DNA of 25,755 nt from a virus (lineage: Duplodnaviria; Caudoviricetes), in IMG/VR virus record IMGVR_UViG_3300009678_000128, positions 1 to 25,755 of that record, one strand, 5' to 3'. A program made the translations under genes and the position numbers. Every line of letters starts with the position of its first letter. Position 1 is the first letter of the stretch. The notes below the pieces were generated by a model, which worked only from the letters and a program-made list of their open reading frames with translations, searched no databases and was not told where the DNA came from. Below are positions 1 through 5,978 of the stretch, in pieces.

Positions 1-849
1 CTTGCACACACATACGCAAAGAGGAATGGCTTCGTTCTTAGTTTCAATCGCATACGCGAATATATTAAGCACAAGGAAGAGATCAGAATGAAAATAACTC
101 GTTCTGTCTATCCAACTCAAACCAAGGACTTTAAAGCTATTGAGGACTTCAAGGGCTTCTTTGGTTATTACAACATTAAGCAGGCATTAACTGCTATAGG
201 ATTTGGAGCCAAGCTCAATGTCGATTCTGTTTGGAAAGATCACAACGAAAAGTGGGTTAAGACTTCCTTGTTGGAAAAATTCAAACAAAATAAAAAAGAA
301 GCACACCTTTTTCTAGATTGCGACGTATGCAAGGAACTCATCGAAGAATATCAAGATGCATCCGGTTTTGTGTTGCTAATGCTGGAGCGGGACAAGGAGT
401 TTGCGGCCCTATTCAACCTAACTAATGCTAATACAGCTGGGCAGAAAGCAGCATTGATTTATCAGTCCATTGAATCGCATATCATTAATCAGTTCGTCGG
501 CCTTGCAAATCAACCCGTACTATTACCTGCTCATGATGGGGTTTACCTGCGAAACAAAGTTGATTATCCAAGTGTATGGTCAGCATTAACACATCCATAC
601 ATTGATGATTTCACATTTATTCAGTTTGACCACACAAAATATATTGGAGAAACTCAATACCAAGACCCTGTCAATACTGAACTAGCGCACAAGCAATTCA
701 TTGCACAGCAGGAAATGATTGCCAAGGATTATGTGCCTACTTTTTCAAGCATTAGTGCGAATAGCGGCCCAGCACCCAAACGCTATGTAGAAACGCCCTG
801 GGGTCCGGTTGAGGCCGATATATGGGAGGCTGCACAGCAGCAGGCATAA
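1..849 (+). CDS. 5'-truncated family-A polymerase-like protein (C-terminal part)
   Basis: Frame 1 is open from base 1 (LAHTYAKRNG...REYIKHKEEIRMK), so the gene probably starts upstream of the window. IKQALTAIGFG resembles PolA motif B; YQSIESHII and LLPAHDGVY resemble the pre-C and motif C (HD) segments. Motif A is not visible. Confidence 0.5.
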   Translation, partial: LAHTYAKRNGFVLSFNRIREYIKHKEEIRMKITRSVYPTQTKDFKAIEDFKGFFGYYNIKQALTAIGFGAKLNVDSVWKDHNEKWVKTSLLEKFKQNKKEAHLFLDCDVCKELIEEYQDASGFVLLMLERDKEFAALFNLTNANTAGQKAALIYQSIESHIINQFVGLANQPVLLPAHDGVYLRNKVDYPSVWSALTHPYIDDFTFIQFDHTKYIGETQYQDPVNTELAHKQFIAQQEMIAKDYVPTFSSISANSGPAPKRYVETPWGPVEADIWEAAQQQA

Positions 850-855
850 ATAACT

Positions 856-997
856 GCGAGAGGCTTCGTCATTTAGCCTTTCAGCCATTTGTTTCTCCGA
901 ACAAAGGAAGCCCCAAAGCGAGTGGTATGCGCTCCAAGCGCATACAACCTTAAATCGCGTATTGCATACGCAATTTAAGAAGCCGAGGGGCTTTTTT
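856..997 (+). ncRNA. Candidate structured non-coding element (four hairpins plus terminator)
   Basis: Stems 858-865/875-882, 888-893/900-905, 925-933/937-945 (perfect 9 bp) and 949-962/966-979 (13 of 14 bp). It lies between an ATAAATA motif (846-852) and a U-tailed hairpin. Confidence 0.45.
980..997 (+). terminator. Putative intrinsic terminator
   Basis: AAGCC-GAGG-GGCTT followed by a T run. Confidence 0.55.
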
Positions 998-1219
998 ATG
1001 AGTTTGATAAATACAAATATGGACTTATTAGATAAACCACTTACCAAAATAAAGCCAAAGAAAGAAAAGCTAGAGCCGCAGATATGGACTGCAATGAAGC
1101 GCGACTTAGTGCTCCAAGCACTAACGCAGTGCGATGGTAGCTCTACTAGAGCAGCAAAGCTACTTGGAATAACAAGGCAGCAGGTGTGGAATTACAGAAA
1201 GAACCTAGGGTTATTGTAA
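998..1219 (+). CDS. Fis/NtrC-type (HTH_8) helix-turn-helix protein
   Basis: C-terminus LVLQALTQCDGSSTRAAKLLGITRQQVWNYRKNLGL matches the Fis-family HTH. The start is ATG 998 or ATG 1019 rather than TTG 962, which lies within the hairpins. Confidence 0.75.
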   Translation: MSLINTNMDLLDKPLTKIKPKKEKLEPQIWTAMKRDLVLQALTQCDGSSTRAAKLLGITRQQVWNYRKNLGLL

Positions 1220-1452
1220 AAAGAGATTGACCCAAATAGATAACCTTACTGATTGATTAGCCACCGCCCTCTTCCAATATTTGTCAACCTCTAAATAAAC
1301 TGTTACATCTTCCGTTGTTTTATTGTGGTTGACCGGTAACCACCACCGAGGGCAACCGATTTATTAAATATATTTCAGTAACAATTCAATAGGACTTCAA
1401 GAACACTTCACAATTACCGTGAAGCAAGCGTACTGACATATTCGTCACACAT

Positions 1453-1548
1453 ATGCGAGACCCTAGCCCGACGGTTGTGAACCGTAAAAACACTATATAA
1501 ATCAATAGCCTATCACGGTGTCGTACCGTGCAGCTAGGGTAGTCGTAT
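1453..1548. promoter_or_regulatory. Nested palindromic element with central IHF-like site
   Basis: ACCCTAGC (1460-1467) / GCTAGGGT (1533-1540) encloses ACGGTT-gtg-AACCGT (1471-1485), AATCAATAGCCTA (1500-1512) and CACGGT-gtcgt-ACCGTG (1514-1530). Confidence 0.45.
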
Positions 1549-1814
1549 TGTGGCTATTATTATTAACATAGAGATAAGTCTAGATTCAATCTGTCAACCA
1601 ATCACCCGAAAGGTTCTCGGTAGATTATCTACAACGTTTCTCTTGACTTTCGAAGGGGCACCACCGCGTTTGGTTTGGGAGAAATCCGCAGCGATGGGAT
1701 TTCGCGTATGACCTATTTTCAGACCTCGGGGTGCTTACCTACCTAGATAAATGTCAATCGAATTTTTTAGATTATTTCTTGTAAATCCTCGGGGAGCAAT
1801 ATTTCTAACCGTGC

Positions 1815-1821
1815 ATAAATA
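1815..1821 (+). promoter_or_regulatory. ATAAATA late-promoter-like motif
   Basis: 26 nt upstream of ATG 1848, followed by AGGAGG RBS. Confidence 0.55.
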
Positions 1822-1847
1822 AAGGTAACCCTATTAGGAGGCTACCA

Positions 1848-2831
1848 ATGGCATTAGCAAAGAAATATACTGTTAACACAGATTACTCAATCTCGTTAGA
1901 TCACCAAAACGCTTCTGCGGTGAGTATGGTTGATGTCATTGATACGGGCATCATTACAACAAGTAATGAAAATACTGTAAAAGCCACTTCCAATCCAACC
2001 CAGGGCAGCTACGTTGAAGTAGATGCAACGGGCAAGGGCACCGTTACCATTCAAGTAGCAGGAGTTTGGGCTTGTGCCCCTAATGCGGGTATTTTCGTAG
2101 TTGGGACAGTTGATGGGTCAAACTGGATCCTCCTAGCTGCACCTGACAGGCTGATCAAGATTTCAAGCCTAGCTTACTGTAGTCAGATCGAAAATGGTCT
2201 TACTGACATATGGCAGCTACAGGTAGCGGGACTCTCTATCGTCCGCGTTATCGCTATTGGTGCGGGATTCACTGGTGCTGCTCAAATAGCTGTGCGTGCA
2301 ACTGTAGCCACTCGTGATATTCAATCAGACGCAGCTGGCACTCCTGCTATCAGATTCCTAACCTCAGTGGGTGATGGAACTGGGGTATATAACCTTAATG
2401 GCAACTACGCTACCACTCCGCTGCAAGCGTTTTACCGCCCTCCTCCAGCCAAGAAATTTTATATCAATAGCTTCTCAATCCAAATCTCCGACAACACAGC
2501 TTTCAATCAGCTGGACTATGGGGGCATTACTAATGGACTGACTAACGGAGTTGGTTTGAGTATGCAAGCTAATGGAATTACTGCTGACTTCCTTAACGGA
2601 ATTAAGATAAGGAAAAACTACGAGTGGTTTTCATTCACTCCTGCTGTTCCGCTAAGCACATTTGCGAACGTGCAGAATCAAACAATGGTAGTGAATATTC
2701 AAGTTGCGGAACACTTCGGACTACCGCTAGTGCTTAATGGAACTACTCAAGACAAGTTCTTTGTGACACTCAATGATGATCTCACAGGGCTAGTGAGTCA
2801 CACGTTCTTGCTGAGAGGTAGGTTGGTTTAA
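1848..2831 (+). CDS. Hypothetical beta-strand-rich protein, possibly virion-associated
   Basis: 327-aa ORF with strong RBS, T/G/N/V-rich composition and the same upstream motif as the structural genes. Confidence 0.7.
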   Translation: MALAKKYTVNTDYSISLDHQNASAVSMVDVIDTGIITTSNENTVKATSNPTQGSYVEVDATGKGTVTIQVAGVWACAPNAGIFVVGTVDGSNWILLAAPDRLIKISSLAYCSQIENGLTDIWQLQVAGLSIVRVIAIGAGFTGAAQIAVRATVATRDIQSDAAGTPAIRFLTSVGDGTGVYNLNGNYATTPLQAFYRPPPAKKFYINSFSIQISDNTAFNQLDYGGITNGLTNGVGLSMQANGITADFLNGIKIRKNYEWFSFTPAVPLSTFANVQNQTMVVNIQVAEHFGLPLVLNGTTQDKFFVTLNDDLTGLVSHTFLLRGRLV

Positions 2832-2832
2832 T

Positions 2833-2979
2833 ATGACTGAACAACAACTAGCAGCAATGAGTGACGAAGAACTGGATGCATTATTGCAAGCCTCTCTAGA
2901 CAGGTTAGAAAGCTTGCTTGACAAAGCGATTGCACGCACCAATGAACTACCTGAACTAGGAGTTCAAGATGACTTATGA
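2833..2979 (+). CDS. Small acidic helical protein (48 aa, MTEQQLAAMSDEELDALLQASL...)
   Basis: Read manually. It starts 1 nt after the upstream stop, overlaps the next ORF, and its N-terminus is paralogous to the next ORF. Confidence 0.6.
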   Translation: MTEQQLAAMSDEELDALLQASLDRLESLLDKAIARTNELPELGVQDDL

Positions 2980-3154
2980 ACAACTAGCAGCACTGAGCGA
3001 AGAGGAACTAGAAGCACTCATTCAAAAGAGCTTGGTTTGGGTGAAGCTCACTCCTAAAGAAAAGAAGCTCATTCACAAACCACCCAAAGCACCCAAACAG
3101 CAAGGAGAGAAAGATGCCAAACAAAAAACCAAAGAAGCCAAAGAAAGGCGCTAA
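2969..3154 (+). CDS. Small protein (61 aa), N-terminal paralog of 2833..2979 with a basic tail
   Basis: AGGAG RBS upstream; MTYEQLAALSEEELEALIQKSL. Confidence 0.65.
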   Translation: MTYEQLAALSEEELEALIQKSLVWVKLTPKEKKLIHKPPKAPKQQGEKDAKQKTKEAKERR

Positions 3155-3173
3155 GCCGCCTAAGAAATACTAG
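3114..3173 (+). CDS. 19-aa Lys/Pro-rich peptide MPNKKPKKPKKGAKPPKKY
   Basis: AAGGAG at 3102-3107, 6 nt before ATG 3114; stop TAG 3171-3173. Confidence 0.45.
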   Translation: MPNKKPKKPKKGAKPPKKY

Positions 3174-3246
3174 GTACCAATCAGTAAATCAAACCAATAC
3201 GGAGCTGTTCAAGGTAAATATCACAACCGAATAGGGGAAGATATTT

Positions 3247-3417
3247 ATGGAAAACACACCGCAATGGGAAGAAATAGAACGCCTAGTAGTAGAACCGATA
3301 GGCAACGGCATTTTAGTTCAAATAACGACTGATTCCGACGAGCACCGCTTTTCGTTCAAGTCCTATAGGCAAGTGCTGCGCTTTTTGAGACTGGTTGGGA
3401 AAGAGGTTGAAGCTTAA
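3247..3417 (+). CDS. Hypothetical protein (56 aa, MENTPQWEEIERLVVEPIGNG...)
   Basis: Read manually. AGGGGAAG RBS and GTAAATA motif variant at 3214-3220; ends just before a terminator. Confidence 0.6.
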   Translation: MENTPQWEEIERLVVEPIGNGILVQITTDSDEHRFSFKSYRQVLRFLRLVGKEVEA

Positions 3418-3436
3418 AGAGTTTCACCGATCAAAT

Positions 3437-3465
3437 AAAAAAGCAGCATTGCTGCTGCTTTTTTT
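3437..3465. terminator. Bidirectional intrinsic terminator
   Basis: AAAAAAGCAGCA-TTGC-TGCTGCTTTTTT between convergent genes. Confidence 0.85.
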
Positions 3466-3775
3466 ATGCTGCTACTGCATCCAACTGCAATTTAAGCACT
3501 TTTGCTGTTGCAATTGCGCTGAAATTAAGCAGCACTCCAACTCCAAGAAAATCTGCACTTGCTGCGTTATACGTTTCAGTAAGTGCATTGCTAATTGTCT
3601 TCCAAGTTTTAACGTTGTTGTGTTTCTTGGATTTCGCAATTGCATTAAAAAACGTTTCGTCAACTGCAATGTTGCGAGTTCCATCCTCGTTTGTAATAAC
3701 AACTGTGTTTGCGTGCTGCAGAAACTCTACGTTGATCGTTTCTTGCTGCTTGTTTACAAAACTAAATTTAAGCAT
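3464..3775 (-). CDS. Hypothetical early protein (103 aa, MLKFSFVNKQQ...)
   Basis: AAAAGGTTATCAATG start context, own sigma70 promoter, ends at the terminator. Confidence 0.65.
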   Translation of the reverse strand: MLKFSFVNKQQETINVEFLQHANTVVITNEDGTRNIAVDETFFNAIAKSKKHNNVKTWKTISNALTETYNAASADFLGVGVLLNFSAIATAKVLKLQLDAVAA

Positions 3776-3792
3776 TGATAACCTTTTGTTAG

Positions 3793-3848
3793 TGTGCTGC
3801 ACTGTGCAGCACATAAACAAGCATAACTAGCTGTTGCTGCTAGTGCAA
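3793..3848 (-). promoter_or_regulatory. Sigma70-type promoter with palindromes
   Basis: TTGCAC (3848-3843) - 17 nt - TATGCT (3825-3820). The spacer holds ACTAGC-N7-GCTAGT, and a perfect palindrome TGTGCTGCAC-T-GTGCAGCACA lies at 3793-3813. Confidence 0.7.
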
Positions 3849-3988
3849 GTATTTCCAATTTGGTTATTATTTAAGTTTCGCTGCATAAAAAACGTGTAAA
3901 AAAGCAGCGTTAACGTTTTAAGCGTGCTAGTGCGTGCGTTAGCTAGCAGTGCTGCGTTTTTGCGCTAAATCCAGCGAATGCTGCATAC

Positions 3989-4018
3989 TTGCATAAGCTT
4001 GTGCGTTAGTGCTAAGCT
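3989..4018 (+). promoter_or_regulatory. Putative sigma70 promoter
   Basis: TTGCAT - 18 nt - TAAGCT with an extended -10 TG. Confidence 0.45.
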
Positions 4019-4062
4019 ATTTTATGCGCTGTAATAGTGCAGCGTATTTTTTAAAGTTTTCA

Positions 4063-4275
4063 ATGCACACATTAAATAGTGCAAGTGCAACAGCACGCAC
4101 GTTAAAAGGTTTTCACGGTTTTCATTACGCAAAATACTTAATATGCAGATATGAAAGATCGCACAATATTTCACTAGAAGAAATTGATGTTAATTTAGCG
4201 CATACACGTATAAGACGTGCTGCTGCTGTAGCTAACGCACACGCAGCAGAGTTACTAACTTATTTCAACGTATAA
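4063..4275 (+). CDS. Hypothetical early protein (70 aa, MHTLNSASAT...)
   Basis: ATG 4063 in context AAAGTTTTCAATG, downstream of the promoter. Confidence 0.55.
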   Translation: MHTLNSASATARTLKGFHGFHYAKYLICRYERSHNISLEEIDVNLAHTRIRRAAAVANAHAAELLTYFNV

Positions 4276-4283
4276 AGGTTTTC

Positions 4284-4559
4284 ATGTATAGCAATAAATT
4301 AAAAATTAAAGTTCCGTTAGCACGTAAAATACTAGCAGGAACGGAAGATTTGCAAAAAGCAGAGTTTGTAGTGCAAAAACTTAAAGGGACTCTTCCACTG
4401 GTAGTTAAGTTTAATAATGAAGAAAGTGAGTTTTACTATGGAGATCTTTCCGAGTTTAACAAGTCATTAAATAATCCATTAATTAAAGCAACTGGTTTAA
4501 TAGCAGCAAGTGAAATTACATTTAATGAATGGCTTTTAGCAGTGCAGCAGCTTGCATAA
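4284..4559 (+). CDS. Hypothetical early protein (91 aa)
   Basis: AAAGGTTTTCATG start context; followed by a terminator. Confidence 0.7.
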   Translation: MYSNKLKIKVPLARKILAGTEDLQKAEFVVQKLKGTLPLVVKFNNEESEFYYGDLSEFNKSLNNPLIKATGLIAASEITFNEWLLAVQQLA

Positions 4560-4573
4560 AGCGTTTCACTTAC

Positions 4574-4606
4574 AGCACACATTGTTAGCGCAGTGTGTGC
4601 TTTTTT
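4574..4606 (+). terminator. Intrinsic terminator
   Basis: AGCACACATTG-ttagcg-CAGTGTGTGCT plus T run. Confidence 0.75.
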
Positions 4607-4618
4607 ATTTGGTGAAAT

Positions 4619-5443
4619 TTATTTGAGGGTTTCACCGATCATTTGTTTTATCCAAGGGGGCTGTTTATAGTGCTTGGGTTTTTGGTTGAGGATTTCGTAT
4701 ATTCTCAAATAGTCGTTGTTGATCAAGTTAATAGGTGCGAGGTCGTTGTACTTGAGTGGCATAAACTCAGCAACAATTTCGTCGTAGTGTTTCTCTAGCA
4801 CTTGGTCTGTGCGATTGAGGTTGGTCACGAAACCCAGGCCTGTTGGATAGGCAGGGATGGTTTTCAGTACCAAATCAGGTCTGTACCTTTTCAATATGTG
4901 CATTATCTTCCAACTGTCACCCGCCCAATAATGCGTTGACCATTCACGTGTGGCAGTTTCAGGGATAACGGGATAGACGTCATGAAACACAATCACTGCG
5001 TTTGGTTGGCAGAGCTTTTCTGTGTTAATGAAGTCTTTCAAGACTTGATCGAACTCGTGAAGTCCATCAATGAATGCTAGTTGGACATCACCAACAATGT
5101 CTTTAACACTGCTTTTAAAGAAACTGTCGCTAGTTTCATTGTAGATTTTATGCGGTGCAGTGATTGAGAATGTGATATCCGCAGCTGGGTCAACACCAAA
5201 GCACCTAGTTGGGGATTTGGCGTATTGCAGTGACTTACCAGTTTCAACACCTATTTCCAAGTAGTTGATTGGTTGGATTGACTCATGAAACCAAGTCAAC
5301 CAATCAGTGTAACTTGGGCCAGGCATGTATTGGAGCGTTAATTCGTTGTGAATAATGCGTTGCAGTTCGATCAACGTTTTATCTTTTTGGTTGCTGCTGC
5401 GTAGTTGGTTGATTATGCGGTTTGCTTTTTCTAGTTCTATCAT
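4619..5443 (-). CDS. Class I SAM-dependent methyltransferase (Methyltransf_24-like)
   Basis: YLEIGVETGKS (SAM binding), LAFIDGLH, VIVFHD motifs; AAAGGG RBS; ATAAATA on the minus strand at 5538-5544. Confidence 0.85.
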   Translation of the reverse strand: MIELEKANRIINQLRSSNQKDKTLIELQRIIHNELTLQYMPGPSYTDWLTWFHESIQPINYLEIGVETGKSLQYAKSPTRCFGVDPAADITFSITAPHKIYNETSDSFFKSSVKDIVGDVQLAFIDGLHEFDQVLKDFINTEKLCQPNAVIVFHDVYPVIPETATREWSTHYWAGDSWKIMHILKRYRPDLVLKTIPAYPTGLGFVTNLNRTDQVLEKHYDEIVAEFMPLKYNDLAPINLINNDYLRIYEILNQKPKHYKQPPWIKQMIGETLK

Positions 5444-5557
5444 TGAATCCCTTTAGTTAATGCGTTTTGCTGTCCATAGTTAATACTACTGCGACTAGCA
5501 CTTGGAGAGCTAGTAAACCAGCAGTTTGTTCACGAGTTATTTATCTAGGGTCTCCGG

Positions 5558-5586
5558 TTGCCCATTTCACATCGTGAAAACATAAT
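5558..5586 (+). promoter_or_regulatory. Sigma70 promoter with operator-like palindrome
   Basis: TTGCCC - 17 nt - CATAAT; TTTCAC-atc-GTGAAA at 5565-5579. Confidence 0.65.
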
Positions 5587-5614
5587 AGTCTAGGTGTTCA
5601 ACAAAGGAGCTTAT

Positions 5615-5884
5615 ATGCCCCTATTCAACCTAGGCCAAATCGTAGCAACACCGCCCGCACTGGAATTCATGCGTAAGCACAACATAGAACCCCGCACCCT
5701 ACTAGCTAGGCACGTTGGGGGAGATTTTGGGGACGTTGATGCACACGATGCAGCAGCTAACGCCCAAGCAATTGAGCATGACTTGCGTGTCTTTTCCAGC
5801 TACAAGTTTGATGGAGAAAAGATTTGGGTGATAACCGAAGCTGACCGTAGTTCAACCTGCATATTATTACCTAGCTGCTACTAA
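5615..5884 (+). CDS. Conserved 'plasmid-related' small protein of unknown function
   Basis: Recognisable family pattern LGQIVATP...RH..GD.GD......N......R..S.Y....KIWVITEADRSST.ILLP..Y; AAGGAG RBS before ATG 5615. Confidence 0.8.
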   Translation: MPLFNLGQIVATPPALEFMRKHNIEPRTLLARHVGGDFGDVDAHDAAANAQAIEHDLRVFSSYKFDGEKIWVITEADRSSTCILLPSCY

Positions 5885-5978
5885 GCCACTCCCAACCAAC
5901 ATAGACCCCTTAATTGGGGCTTTTCTCTTTTAGTCTCCAGATAAGTAGCTGTGCATTGCTACAAAGGAGACTAAAAGA

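Noticed and set aside
3242-3248. Minus-strand ATAAATA, and intragenic copies at 21584 and 23048
   Set aside because: No suitably placed downstream gene for 3242 or 23048; a few chance hits are expected in AT-rich DNA. 21584 remains ambiguous.
3395-3830. Cys-rich plus-strand ORFs 3395..3778 and 3588..3830, and minus-strand 3472..3702
   Set aside because: Shadows of the 3464..3775 gene caused by TGC/TGT-rich composition; 3395..3778 also crosses a terminator, and none has a convincing RBS
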